Assembly (NCBI GenBank): GCA_050575255.1
Contig: JBNZDD010013683.1
Location: forward strand, 1,897,455 to 1,961,454
Direction of reading: 5' to 3'
From: Harriotta raleighana
Taxonomy: Eukaryota
DNA length: 64,000 nucleotides
In this document: positions 12,224-25,406 of the stretch, piece after piece
Layout of the letters: each line of letters begins with the position of its first letter
Numbering within the stretch: position 1 is the first letter of the stretch
The notes under the pieces: model-generated
Told to the model about the DNA's origin: nothing
Database searches by the model: none
The model's input: only the letters and a program-made list of their open reading frames with translations
Made by a program: the position numbers and the translations under genes

Positions 12224-12296
12224 CTTCTGTCTGTTACATTTTGGTGGGGGGGGTTAGAGGGTGAGGTCGGGCCGCATTAACTTGAGCTAAGGCTTG

Positions 12297-12425
12297 GATT
12301 GGCTGCCGCATTTCACCCACAACTATACAGTCAATTCACTTTACAGTATACAATATTCTGTAAAGCACTTTGAGATGTCTAGAAGACGTGAAAAGCGCAA
12401 CATCAAATGTAAGGATTATTATATT
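12297..12425 (+). mobile_element. Young SINE 3' fragment
   Basis: ATTGGCTGCCGCATTTCACCCAC..CAGTCAATTCACTTTACAG..tail hairpin. Confidence 0.88.
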
Positions 12426-12740
12426 ATTTTTTAAACCTTTTAAATTATTTGTAGTTTGAGGGGTTCTGAGGTGGTGAATGTTGTGCTCTCTCTCTCTCTC
12501 TTGTTTCTGTACCTTGAATTCTGCGTTTGACGAAGTTTGCGTTTTGGAGAAGGTGTAATTGTTGCAAACATCTGTTTGGATTTTGCATCTTGCTGTTGGG
12601 ATCTGGGGTATTGGTTGGGTTATTTCAGATTTTGTTGAGTTCCAAGATATAAACTGGACCAACTTGACTTCCATGCTGGAGAAACACGTTGTGAGCCAAA
12701 AGCACCAAGAAAATTAAGATGAAACAATTGCATATTAATT

Positions 12741-12898
12741 ATAATAATAATCCTTGCATTTGATATAGTGCTTTTCACATCTTATCGACATCTCAAAGCG
12801 CTTCACAGAATATACTGTAAAGGTTTCGCCCTGATCTGCCTGGATTCGAACATAGGTCTTATGCTTGTAAGACGAGTGCTCCAACCACTGAGCTACAG
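12741..12898 (-). mobile_element. Young SINE with internal deletion (tRNA head fused to tail)
   Basis: Head (A box TAGCTCAGTGG, B box GTTCGAATCC) joins the tail directly at CTGTAAAG|GTTTCGCC. Confidence 0.88.
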
Positions 12899-13271
12899 TG
12901 GGGTATGAAACACTATTTGCCAGCTGTAGCAATTTTATGGTGAGCTTTGTAATTGCAATTTTCTATGATCAGCATATAATGTAAAATTTACAGCAGTCAG
13001 CAAACAGCTCGCAAACCCCAATTAAAAAATTTCGCACAGTAATTTAGCTTGCAATTTTGAGAGGAACGTGGTGTAATCTTAACACACAATATACTGTTAT
13101 AATAGTAACCCAGGGATTTCCTGTTTTTCATTAAGCAACGGTGTTGGTCTTCAACAGAATATTAAAAAATGTATTTATACATATGCCTAACTCGTCATTC
13201 CGGATAACTCGTTACTGGAACTCCTTTCCCTTGGAGTGCCAAATTATCAGGAGTTTTCTGTATTTGGTGTC

Positions 13272-13565
13272 GTGGAGTCCGGTTACAAGTTTGAGACCTG
13301 TGTTCAAATCCAGGCAGGTCAGGGCGAAACCTTGGGCAAGTTTCCTTACTCCACACATCTAATAATAATCTTTCAAAAAAACCCACAATAATAAAATTGG
13401 TCATTTCAATCCACGACTGTTTGTGGGGACACTGCTGTGCGCAATTGGCTGCCGCGTTTCGCCCACAAATATAAAGTCAATTCACTTTACAGTATATTCT
13501 GTGAAGTGCTTTGAGTCGTCTAGAAGACGTAAAACTCGCCATTTCAAATGCATGTATTATTTATT
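13272..13565 (+). mobile_element. Young SINE, A-box region deleted
   Basis: GTGGAGTCC joins directly to TTACAAG; the remainder is close to the in-window consensus. Confidence 0.9.
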
Positions 13566-13769
13566 AAAATAAGATTTACAATGCATTACTTTAACTGTTG
13601 GCTGATGGACAAAAAGAAGCTTCCCTCTTGCAGTCCAGTTCCATGCAGTGAGCAGCAAGTGTGGCTCTTTCATTATAGAAAGTACAAGTATGACGGTTGT
13701 TAAATGAGGCTTTTCCCTGGCAAAGGATCTTATGAAGGCCTGACTGTATTTTTGGCTTCTGTCGTATTT

Positions 13770-14070
13770 CTCGCTGGAATCCCTTTGTTCCTTTGGGTGC
13801 TGTTTAAACTTGAGATAATAAGCTTTATCTTGTCATTTTGTATTAAAAATGCATGATGTGCAGAAAGCGTAAACGCAGTGCTCATCAGCGTTCAGGCTCC
13901 GCCATGTCGCCTAGTGATCAGGACCTCCCGAGGGTACCTTCTCAGATTGGTTTCACCTTCTTCCTGTGGTGCCGGTGACAGCTATTCTAGCCGCAGTCCT
14001 GGACAAATAGATGTGACCTTTGTTCGTTCTGCCAACCTTTGATTTACAAAGTTCAAAGGGATGCCGTGGG
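13770..14070. promoter_or_regulatory. TCF/LEF-Sox motif cluster, candidate enhancer
   Basis: CCTTTGTT (13782, 14017), CCTTTGAT (14036), TTCAAAGG (14052) and an overlapping TGATTTAC (14040). Confidence 0.35.
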
Positions 14071-14819
14071 TGTCTATTTTCTGAAGCTGTGAAAAGGAGC
14101 CGAGACTGGCTTTTGTTTCGTCCTTGACCTTCCAGCGTGTGTGATAGGAGAGTGCAATGGATAGGTCAAGCCTGATACTGCAGGAGCCACCAGCATTAGA
14201 TTTTGTATTACATACTTCTTAAGAACAGACTTTTATATAACTCACTCTTGCAAGTACATTCCTGCTCGCTCCACATTTTAGATTTAAAAACGCATGACTC
14301 CACTTCCCAGAGTTCACTATGCACACAACTCGGAGTTCAAAACTTTAACGTTTAACCATGATTTAGACCTAATGAATTTAACGACTTCTTAAATTGTAAC
14401 GGTTTTGCTCCCAATGTTTTTTAAATAAAGCAGTCATTTTAATCACAGTTAGTTAAACATTGCGGATTTGGATAATCACACAACAGCCATTTGGAGCCCA
14501 GTGGGATAATAATAAATCTATAATAATAATGATAATTCTTGGAATAGTTTCTGTGTTTTAGATTGGGATTGGCCCTGGAAAGTTAGCATGAGTTCCAATG
14601 CTGCAGACCTCACAGTTAGATTTCAATCCACAGTGGGCAGATGTAGACCAGGGAGAGCAATGCAAAAACACAAAGTGTTGCTGGTTCTCCTGTTGTCTTG
14701 TTGTGTGTAGATCAAAGACAAACCCAGATGTCTCAACAGCATGACAATACGCTATTCCATTGTGTGATCCACTGGTTCAAAGTCGCCCTCGTCAAAGGTG
14801 AAGGGAATTTTATATACTT

Positions 14820-14912
14820 CTAGGAACGTAAGAATAGGAGAAGGTTGTTTAGCCCCTCAAGCTGTTCCACCATACTATTAGATCTTGCCTCTTGATCTGT
14901 TCTTCAACTCCA
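14820..14912 (-). mobile_element. CR1-type 3'UTR/tail fragment
   Basis: GTAAGAATAGGAGAAGG..AGCCCCTCAAGCTGTTCCACCAT..AGATCTTG..TGATCTG resembles shark CR1 3' ends (from recall). Confidence 0.5.
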
Positions 14913-14999
14913 AACACTTGTAGGACACCCATTACTTACTGTAAACATTTGTTTACAAATGTCTGTTGGTGAAAGAATTTAGGAAAAATTACTTTATAG

Positions 15000-15310
15000 C
15001 AGGGACCTTCATTGAGACGTGCAACATTTGAAATGGGGTTCAAGTAAACCCAGAAAATTACTTTGTGATGTGACAGAAGACAGTAGTAGAGAAGAGGGTA
15101 CATTTTGAATTGCAAAGGGAAATTTCAAGACAGATACCAGGAAATATTTCTTTACCCAGAGGACAATTAATAACAAGAACAGGTTATCAGTAAGGGAGGT
15201 TGAGGCCATGATACAGGACTTATTTTAAAAAAAGCTTGTTGCTGAGATTAGGAGGACAGCACGGTGGATTTTCTGGAAGTATGTGATCAGATGGGTCTTC
15301 TAGATCCGAT
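15000..15310 (+). mobile_element. Old CR1 ORF2 C-terminus and 3' end
   Basis: Reads REEGTF*IAKGNFKTDTRKYFFTQRTINNKNRL, homologous to CR1 TRGH...RxxFFTQRVVxxWNxLP. Confidence 0.7.
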
Positions 15311-16018
15311 ACATCCAAACTGTACTTGACATCCTAGGTTGAAATGCATTGGCAATAGATTTGGGATCGATCCTGTGCCTTATTGCTTTAAGACTACAAT
15401 ATAAGCAATGTCAAGTCTCATCCATTGAAGCGAGTGGCTCAATTCCTTAAACCAGCATTTCTTTAACTTAATTTGAACGCTCAGTATAATTGGAAATATT
15501 ACACATTTTAGCATTTTTACTTAGTGTCCCAGTAAGCATTCTTTAAATCATTAATTGCATTATTTTGACTCCCAAATAATACTATCAAAATTGCATCATA
15601 CAGCAAGATATTCTGAGATTTGATTGGATGTTTTTTTCTAATTTGCTGTTCCCGGTGCCATTTAACTATGATCTATACATGGTGCAGTCACTGGAATGCT
15701 TCAGGGATATTTTGGAGCAATGCAGTATCCACTGGGATTTCCCACACTGCTTCTATTACAACCTTTATTGGGAATGATTGGACTAGGAGTCAGTGCTCTT
15801 GTCAGTGTTTTATGATAAGCAGATGCTGCAGTTTGTTGGCTAACGCACTTTTCAGGTTTAAACACGACAGTTGTCAGCAAATGTGCGTTTGATCATCATT
15901 TACTGAGGCTCATGAGCAAATATAATTGTATCCTTTTCCATGAAAACCTTGGTTAATAGCCTTAATTTGAAACCCGGACAAATGAGCAGACAAGATAGAT
16001 ATGGAAGATTTGTCTGAG

Positions 16019-16258
16019 ATAATCCTTGCAATTGTTCTCGTGCTTTTCACGTCATCTAGACGTCTCAAAACTCTGCACGGAATATACAAACAGTTGTGGA
16101 CTGAAATGACCAGTTTATTACTGAGTTTTTTTTCAAGGGATTATTATCAGGGGTGTGAAGTAAGGAAACTTGCCCAAGGTTTTGTCCTGCTTGGGATTGA
16201 ATCCAGGGTCTTTTGCTTGCGAGGCGAGTGCTCTAACCACTGAACTACAGGACTCCAC
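16019..16258 (-). mobile_element. Young SINE (internally deleted)
   Basis: Head GTGGAGTCCTGTAGTTCAGTGGTTAGAGCACTCGCC on the minus strand, with tail hairpin. Confidence 0.9.
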
Positions 16259-18308
16259 TTTGTGGTTGAATTTTTACCCTTGTAGTTTTAAAGTAGCCCC
16301 GGGATGGATAAGTAGGATGTCCTTATATTAGTGTAGGATTGTGTTCATCAACATAGTTCTGCTATTTTTAATTTTAAAACCTCTAAATTGTACATTTTAA
16401 GGTCTGTTTTTTTTTTTAAATCCCTCTCAGACCAAAGCAGGAAATTATGCCATAAGAGTAAAAGTGAGATAAACTACAACCTAGATGTTGGAGAGAGACC
16501 TTTGCTGTGTTGGAATCTCTCATTCTTTCTCACTCTTCTCTGGGTTGCTGTCCTTCTTTGTCCCCTAGCCCTCTTTCTTTCCCCTCTACTCTTCTCCCCA
16601 TCTCTCACTTTCCCCTTCTCTTTCCCTCACTCACTGAATCCGCCCCAAACCACAACATTCAACATATTTTGAATATTTCAAATGGCAGAGAAGCAGATAG
16701 TGCTGAAATGCTGGGAACGTTAAAAATATATCTCATTGCCTTTGCTAAAAAAAAATTGCTGTTCGATCACAAATCTGCTGACCAATGATCAGGACAATTG
16801 TATCCTGGCTGTGTTATCTAGCTGAAGGCTCGTGAATAAACCTTGAATTCTATTTATTGACTAGAAGTTTTATAATCACACTCGTTCACGTAGTAGTTGG
16901 TCTTAAGTGGTTACATCAAAGAAGACCTAAGCATGTATGTGAGCCAATGACTAGGTATTCAAGGTCAGTCACCATGGAGGCTTATGATAGCAATTCCACA
17001 TATTTTCAATGAGAATGATTCTTGCGGGTAGGCTATGATTGCTTATTGTATGTTCACACTGTTAAAAAATAATTCCATGTCTACCGAGTGCAAATTCTCG
17101 ACTCCTTCACTAAACATTGCATTGTGTTCTCACTTGCTCCAACCCTCATCCACGAGACACAGCTGTAATAACACCACCACCTGTGCCTTACTGGGACCAA
17201 GGGCTGCTGTGGGACCTGTGCCAAGTTATTTCTTAAGTAGATGATGTGATAATAGAAAATAGTTAGTTTAGCGGGTGTTCAAAGACTTTTTTGGGAGTTG
17301 GCTTTTAATTCTTTCAATGCAGGCATCGTTCAAATGTTTATCCCAGCCGATGAAAAGAAATCAGGGGGTCCAGATAATATACGCTGCTAGACTAGTTTCT
17401 ACAGATTCAGACTTGATTTTATGAACAATATTAGATAACTGGGAATAAATGCATCATCCCTTTTTGATTTGGTTTCATTGTAGATAATGATCGTTTGACT
17501 GCCTCAAAGCATATTTAAGAATTTTTCTTAATGAATAATTAAGTTGTGCAGCTTAAGCAATGTACTGTATTTAGTGACAGGAATTGAGTATCAGATTCCG
17601 GCCAAATTGAGTGAAATCTTTTTGGGTACATTGAGATAAGTTATTCTTGTATCAGATAGGATTTCCAAGTAGCGTGGGAAAGCAGGCAGAGGGAGCTTGT
17701 GTGGCCAGAATTTGACTCTTAATGAGGTATCGTGGATGCTGAATGCATTGATTCATAGTCAATTTTGCTGTGATTGATCACTAATATTGCTATGTAACTG
17801 TTCACGCCTGTCATACCTGCCACACCGCACTTTGCCAAATTTAAAGACAAGTTTTCCCATGAGTATTTCCTCATCTTGGCATAGTTGTCATGTTGAACTC
17901 GTGTCAAATCCTCAAATTGATATGTACAGCATAATGCCTTTGCCTTGGTTTATCTAATCTATTCATTGTGAATGGTTGAACTACTTTTAAGTCGGAAGGA
18001 TGTATTTATTGCCATTTAGTGCTCCAGCTTGTGCATGTGCACAGAGACATTTGTCATTTTCTCTCCATAGTGATTTCCTGATCCCAGCTTTGCTGTTGAG
18101 TTGCAAGAAGGGAGAGAATTTGGGGGGGGGAAACTTGTATTGGACTACTTTGTTGCACAATGGCTGGTGAGCGTGGCATTGTTGTAGGATTCCTGCTCTA
18201 ATATGTGCCAGAATCACGTGTGAGGGGCATCATAAAAATGCAAGTTGTTGTGCAGTTCACAGCCTGCAGCGACCCAGAGAAGAATCAGGCTGACACCAAA
18301 AACCATGC

Positions 18309-18339
18309 ACCCCAACGGGGATTTGAACCCACAGATTAA
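18309..18339 (-). pseudogene. tRNA-Lys(CTT)-like 3' fragment
   Basis: ACCCCAACGGGGATTTGAACCCAC-AGATTAA versus recalled antisense tRNA-Lys CGCCCAACGTGGGGCTCGAACCCACGACCCTGAGATTAA; short and gapped. Confidence 0.3.
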
Positions 18340-18689
18340 ACAAACACCTGATACTTTAACAATAATAATCTGAGAAAATTACAAAAATTGCTGTGTTTAT
18401 TTTTTTTTTAAAAAGGTAGCAATTAAATTTGTTGGTGAAGGTTCCAAATACAGTACTTTCATCTGAAGCGTTGATGGTGCTTACACACTGTTGCTGGAAA
18501 TATTTAGGAAAGAGACACAGGCAAACGAGCTATTCCCTCAGAATTAAAACCAGGACAATGCTGAACAGTCTGCTGCTGATTTTCTTGCTCGTGTTTCTTG
18601 ATGGTACCTCAAACATTGCTAATAATAGTCTCGATTTTCAATGTGGTTTGGACTAAAGCTCCAAGCAACTTTCCTTGTGGTTTTTTTAA

Positions 18690-18900
18690 TATAATTGTCT
18701 GTTGCCTCCCAAGCAAATATTTGCCAGCCCATCACATTTATGCCTTTATGCTATCGTTTGTTTAATAATAACTATTGCAGTGAATTTCAATGCCATTTGA
18801 TATTAATCCCATCTGCCTATTTAATTAGTTTGCTGACATTTAAAGAATTGATGTGGCGAAGCCCAGTAATGAATAGCAGAAGCTGTTTGTAATTACTTAG
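18690..18900. promoter_or_regulatory. Candidate enhancer with palindromic FOX site
   Basis: GCAAATATTTGC palindrome at 18713-18724 plus TGTTTAAT, TAATCC, TTAATTAG and GTAATTAC homeobox motifs in a repeat-free block. Confidence 0.35.
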
Positions 18901-20154
18901 AATTCTTGCATAAACAAGACATCTTAAGCTTGTGGACCAAGTGTAAGGTTTAGTTTTTTCTGTTTATGTGATGTAATTCTACGTAAATGAAGACATGGCT
19001 GGGAACTGCTTCACATATGGTGCATTATTTAGCAAAATGAGCTAGCTAGTTCCTTACTAATGAGTTTCTCATTTGTAAACCTTGTTTTACACTTGGATTG
19101 ACCTACATCCCATTAAAAAAAAATTAACAGCAGATATAGCTTATATTAGATGACTGGAATGTGAGAAAATGTCTCTTAAATACAATACATTCATATTGAG
19201 AAGCTCAAAAGTGGGATACACCATCCATTACATTTTCCAATGGATACTAACCAATAACTTTATTTAGCTGAAAAGTTTTTTGTTATATAAATTGTTTGCC
19301 TTTCTCTTTTGAAACTGCAAATGTAACTTTACAGAATAATGTAAATCACATTTAGTCAACATTTAATTTTTTTTAGTTCTGGCTTTCTTTGGGAGATCTC
19401 GGAAGTACATTCCAAGTGATTTAACTTCACTTTGGTATTCAGATTGCAACTGCTACCACAGGGTTTGATATCATGAGTAACTCTTGAAGTGTATGAGTGC
19501 CATCTGGGATATGCTTTCTTATCTGTTCAGTTCAGACTTTTTCTAAATTACCAGCGGGCGCATTTTACTACTTTGCAGCCACAGAAGTCTGTTATTTGAC
19601 TAGATCTTCGAAATGTCCAATTTCTTCCACCTTCCCCCTAGAATACCCAGAATGTGAGATTCTTGAATGAAATCAGAATGCAAAAGCATAAGTGGCATAA
19701 CGTAACATGAAGAAAAACTATTCCACATTTAAAAAACACGTTAACGTTGTTTCCAAAAGTGGAATGAGCTTGTTTCAATCATAAATATTGACATTATATG
19801 AAACTGTAGTACGTTGAGCTCCTTTTACATGTAAGACAAGTCTCCACTGGCTTCCCCAGAACACAAGTTACAAAGCTGGTAATTATAGGGATGAGAAAAT
19901 TGTGTTTATCCATCAATGTTTAAAATACAGACTGGCTACAAATAATGAATGCTCTGCATACACTTTTCCGTCGAACAAAACGCCCTGTGTAATCCCTTAG
20001 ATCAATAACATAGAAAATGCTGAAAAATTAGCAATGAACTAAACCCATAATATGTAACACACAGCAACTAGATCCTTGCATATAATATCGCAGCTTACTA
20101 AGTCGTGGAAATATAAAGCGCACCACAAAATTCACTGTGGAATGTAACTAGTTT

Positions 20155-20462
20155 TTAAGTAAATTGCAGCAGCCAATTTACACAGAGCAATGTTCCACAA
20201 ACAACCATGAAGTGAATGACTATTTGCTTATCTGGGGCATTGTTGGCCAGGACATTGGGAGAGACTCCCTTTTTCTTTTTGATTAGGGCAGTGAAATCTT
20301 TTAACGTTGACCTGGACAGGCAGACAGATGTCTCAGTTTGATGTCTCACTTGAAGACTGGCACATCCGACAAATGTAGAGCTCTGTTTTGGGAACATCAC
20401 CTTTTGGACTGTGAGTTCTGGTACCCGCAATCTTCTGACTATGAAGCGAAATCTGAGCCACG
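20155..20462 (-). mobile_element. Old Deu-domain SINE (SacSINE1/AmnSINE1-like)
   Basis: Minus strand: tRNA head (AGTCAGAAGATTGCGGG), Deu motif TGAGACATCAAACTGAGACATCTGTCTGCC, GTCCTGGCCAAC and TTGTGGAACATTGCTCTGTGTAAATTGGCTGC. Confidence 0.8.
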
Positions 20463-20889
20463 CAGATGCTGTATTCCCTCTTCAGTGTAATTGAATGATT
20501 ATGATAGGTCCCTGGATCAGTTTTATCAAATTGGTTACGCACAGCGGTTCTGGGTCACCTGTTCACATAGAGTGTTTCAATTGCATGAGTTTGCGTTGCA
20601 TGAGTAGAACAGCAGCAGTGTGGAAAGTAGGTTGATATCATTTCAAATTAAATGAATAGGCCGGAAAACCGCAGATGGATTTAATAATGCTTGCAATGTT
20701 TAAATCTGGCAGCTATTTTTCATATCTTCACATATCAACCGTCACACCACATGATATTAATGTAATAATGCTTGCATTTGATATGCTCCTTTATCTTGCC
20801 TCCAACTGCTGCAGAGTTCTTTATAAAAGTGTTGTGACTTTATTGTATCCATTTTGCAAAAACAGATCCACCTGCAATAAGAAATAGCT

Positions 20890-21228
20890 TGCTTTGTTGA
20901 CTAATTGCTGTCGAGTGTAGTGACTGTTTTGTTGGCAAACACAGTTGCCATTTATGCTTTTTGTAAAAAAAAAGAGAAAAAAAAGGCCCCATAAATTGTC
21001 ATGAGGTGAACGGCTCCCAATTAATCTGGAGGCTCGAAAGCTGGGGGGAAAAGAAAACTTTGCTTTTCAAAAACATTTGTGGGAGGCTTTGATGTTCACC
21101 TGAAACAAAGCAGATGGGATCTCGGTTTTAATATCTGCCTTGAAAGAGGCACCAATAACGATGCCGAGCTTCCCCAAATGCGCACTCTGCACTGAAGTGG
21201 CCGCTTAGGCTCGGAGCTCAAATCCCAA
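20890..21228 (-). mobile_element. Old Deu-domain SINE
   Basis: Minus strand CAGATATTAAAACCGAGATCCCATCTGC..CAGGTGAACATCAAAG..CAGTCACTACAC. Confidence 0.65.
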
Positions 21229-21583
21229 CAGCAGCTATCGGTTTCCTGCGGGGAATCAAAAAATTATCAATCATTAATCTCTTGTGTAAATAGCAGTTCG
21301 AATTCTCGTAAAGGGATTATGTCAGCACACAAAGGAGAAACAATGCACTTGTTTGTCACTGCTGGTGAATGGCATGCATTTTGTCTGATTTTTTTGTTAC
21401 ACACAAGTTGATTTGATTTGGTTCCTAAGGTAAGAATAATGTAGACCTTTTGGGTGAGTGACAATGTGCTGGAACTAAAGAATATTTACCACTCGGTGAC
21501 AAAGGTTTGTCCATTGTCAGAGAATTTGGAAACAAATGATTCTTCACCTAAAATAAAATAGAAATCAGTGCAGGTCAGTGAAC

Positions 21584-21725
21584 ATAATAATAATAATGAT
21601 AATAATAATAGCTGCTTTTGATATATATAGAGAGAGAGCGAGAGAGAGACAGAGAGCTTTTCACATCTTCTAGACGTCTCAAAGTGCTTCATATGATGTC
21701 CTATCAAGTGAATTGACTGAATATT
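21584..21725 (-). mobile_element. Young SINE 3' fragment with a (TA)n(GA)n microsatellite in the tail
   Basis: TTTTCACATCTTCTAGACGTCTCAAAGTGCTTCA; the microsatellite at 21621-21656 sits where the consensus has TATAGCGC. Confidence 0.8.
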
Positions 21726-24150
21726 CCGGAATATTCCGGTGTGAGGGTTTCAAGGGATTGTCCTATTGTATTTAGAATATTATTTACAGGTGTATCATCC
21801 AGATGCGATGTTTTCATGCAAGATTATTTTTTCTTATCCTGGGAAGAATCTCTCTTTTTTTAAACAACAACAAAAATTGACACTCGAGCCTTTTGATGCC
21901 ACATGCGTTTTGGGTGCAAGGTCGTTGCGCAGTCTTAATATTTAAACCCAATCATGGGAAAAGCAGGTGTTTGGCAGAGCGCACTGTAGTTCTGAAGCTA
22001 GACTGAAAGCTAGACTTGATATCCAGTTTGCCCTTTTAGAAACTACACCGCGGGTCTTTTATTTCAAAAGTAATGAATATTTACAAATGAGAGCAAATGC
22101 TTTGGATGGGGTGAAAATCAAAGGCCCTTTCTCCCGTTTCGTTTGCTGCAGATTTGCAAAGTAGTTGGCCACAGCTGCGTTGGACATTTCTTCAAATGGT
22201 TTTTGTAATTCATATAGGCAGATATATTGTTCCACAAAAGTCACATGAAGGGTCTCCCAAGGGCCAAAAAGTTTTTTTTAAAAAAATCATTAACATAATC
22301 ACCTCACAAAAGAAATTGAACTCATTGAAGTTTCCCCAAGGGGAAAGTTGTTGGGCCCCTCCTGTTTCTTAGGCCTATTAAATGCACACCTCATTGTTTG
22401 ATTTTTAAATGGAAACAGATTTCTTTCCCTTTTGCTGACAAAAACACTGCCCGCCTTTCCCAATCAGGAATTGATGGTGTTGCCTATCCAATTGATCACT
22501 TATGCATTTGTGGCTGCAACCCACCCCCCCCCCACCATCTACCACCATCCCCCCCCACCCCTCCCCCCAAAAAATTGGTCGCACTCTAGTGTTGACCTTT
22601 TTCTGGCTGGCTCTGGCTCTTGTGTGATCTCCTGGCTTGAATAATGAACAAAAATCATCAGGGCTTTGTGAATCGGTCGCAAGAATTGTTTCCATCTGGC
22701 TCCAACGGAAGAAAAGCTATATACACGCTGATGCTGAGACACGTCAGCAATCGTTCTTATGAAATGCTACAAAAAGAGCTTTTTATCTCTCTCTCCTTTC
22801 CATCAAAAAGAGAATTCTGCGATAATTTGGACTTTTGTCAAAATGCACTTTTTAAAGCTCGCCTTTCTGAGTATAGAAAAGAGGGCAGAATTGTACACAA
22901 TGCTATCTTGCAGTCGAGAGACTCTGGTGGAATATCAGTAGAGTGCACAGGTAGCAGTAACAATGGAATTTGACTATGTATAATGGGCGAGACAGTTTCC
23001 CCCATTTATAGATAACGCTGTACAGTGCAGGTCCTCTCACCTCTGCTTTTGTAGCTGATGCCAATGAAGACAATAAAAACGTAATTCCAGATATTTTCAC
23101 CCAAAGCGGAATGAGGACGCAAAAAAAAACAACTGGTGGCTGCGTTGCAGGAATATCTGAAACTTATCGATAAGGCAATTGGATGGGGTGCAAGGAAACA
23201 ACAGGAAAACTCAAAAAGTGGAGTAATGCCTTCCCAAAAAAACTGACTCTTTTTAGCCTGGTGCTTAATGAAGCTCAAGTTTGCTGGAACTTCTGGATGC
23301 CTAGCACGGATACAGGATCCAATCCTGGATGGAACCAGTTTGAGGCACTCCCTAATCTCTTTCGTCTTTTTCTTTTGCAGTTCATCCAATGAATAACGGT
23401 TGGTTATTCACTCATTTCTTATCAGCCGTAACAGGGAATTGTGGCGTTGTCTTGTATGGGTTGGAGCTGAAAAATGTGAATGTGTGCTGACGTTTTTGTC
23501 AGCAGAGATTGAAATCTGGACTGTGTGCTCTCTTTTTTTTTGGTCTGGTGATCTGTTATCCTGGTCTAGGCGCAAAGAGCAGCTTGACTGAACACACAAT
23601 CCGTGCACTTCTTAAATTGGCTGACCCTGAGGGGGAACCTGAATAGCCAGAGAAGAGACGGCACCCAGGAAGTATTTATTTTTAAGAAGCTCACGTTCCT
23701 TGGCTCTACCTGCAGATGGGGGAAAGGAAAAAAAAAACTTTGTCTCAACTTATCTGACGTTATACAACTTTAAACAGAACAGTGCTAGATTTTCTTGGGG
23801 AAGATATTTTCAGCAATTGATTACCGTCGGGTTACTTTCTTTTTGAAGAGTAGGTTCAGAATGCCATTCATGTTCATAAATAGGATTCGGTATGGATTTC
23901 ACAAACTTTGACACCGAGCCAGTTTGTGATCTTATTATTTCCTTCCAGCAAGCAAACAGAGACGGACTGACATGATGACTTCATCACAAAGCATCAAAGC
24001 TTTCTTGCAGCTACCTTGTCTGTAAATGTGATGCTTGTAGGCAGAAACCCTTTGCGTTGTTTTACATGCAAAACAAACTTAATGCAAAACAGCCTTACTG
24101 ATCACACAGATTTCACATGAAAATGCTCATCTCTGATTCCACAAAAACCT

Positions 24151-24400
24151 ATAATAATAATGCATCTGATATAGCGCTTTTCACATCTTCTAGATGTCTC
24201 CAAGCGCTTCACAGAATATACTGTGAAGTGAATTGACTGTATACTTGTGGGCGAAACGCAGCAGCCAATTATACACAGCAGTGTCCCACAAACAGTTGTG
24301 GATTGAAATGACCAATTTTATTATTGTTTTTTTTTGAGGGAATATTATTAGGCGTGTGGAGAAGGGAAATTTGCCCAAGGTTTCAACTTGACCTACCTGG
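24151..24400 (-). mobile_element. Young SINE, head truncated
   Basis: Tail, core and TTGCCCAAGGTTTC all match the in-window consensus. Confidence 0.9.
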
Positions 24401-24934
24401 TGGTAGTGGTGGTGGGAGAGATTGGGAGGAAGTGAAATGTTTTCTTGAGGGAATACAGTAAACCTGAGATTGTTTTCCCATCTCGATAGGCTTCTCATCG
24501 CTAATATAAGATGTATTTTACCCACAGATGGATTATCGAAGGATACTTTGACCTCTGTTCAAACCTCCCTGTTCGCTAACTGCACATCTGGAATGCAAGC
24601 CCCTGATTTATGCTCACACTGTTTGAAAGATTCTCCATCTACCTTCTGTTCAGCCTGCTGAGATTTAGGAGTTCAAAGGTCATCTCAGCTCGCATCCATC
24701 TGTTAGATTATGCTAGTGGCTCGCTGTGTTACTTTGTCACTGCATTCTTCTTTCACCTACATATCAGACCTCGAAGATCTCATAAATCAGGTCCCTCCCC
24801 TCCCCCACTCCCCAGGAAAGGAGGCTGATGTTGACATGCCATTTACTACTGTCTACTTTTTGTGTCTCTCACATTGTCTGCAGAGCTATTCCGGCAATGT
24901 CTTTGAACAGGGACAGAGTAAAAAAGAGAGGGAG

Positions 24935-25225
24935 AAAGAACTTGTCTTTTTATAGCACTTTATCATGTCAAAACATCTCCAAGGGCTTCACAGGTAATTA
25001 CTGTCAAGTGCGTTGCCTTTTTCTTACAGAGAAATGTGGCAGCTCTTTGCAACAGTGAGGTTCCTCTGAGCAGCCAAGAAGAGAATGAACAATTAATCTG
25101 CAAGATTGGTGACCAGGACACTGGGAGAGACCGAGTTTCAAACATGTGGTCCTTAATGTCCATCTCAATGCTGTCAGGCAAATATATCCTCTCACAGACA
25201 CTGCTTGTCACACTTTGACAGACCT
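24935..25225 (-). mobile_element. Old Deu-type SINE 3' portion
   Basis: AAGAACTTG..TATAGCACTTTATC..ACATCTCCAAGGGCTTCACA..GACCAGGACACTGGGAGA. Confidence 0.65.
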
Positions 25226-25347
25226 GCCCTTAATAGAAAAATCTTCAAGACCCTTTCATTCTCTCTCTTTCACTTGCTTCTCGGCCCCCATCCGACTAGC
25301 ATCTCCAAATTGTTTACACAATGAAAATTTGTATTGGATTTATTTAT

Positions 25348-25406
25348 TCAAATTTGAGTTATTTGAAAATAATGTAACGATTTGAAAATAACTCAAATTT
25401 GAGTTA
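25348..25406. repeat. Perfect 17-bp inverted repeat plus 18-bp palindrome
   Basis: TCAAATTTGAGTTATTT (25348-25364) pairs with AAATAACTCAAATTTGA (25386-25402); TAACTCAAATTTGAGTTA (25389-25406) is self-complementary. Confidence 0.85.
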
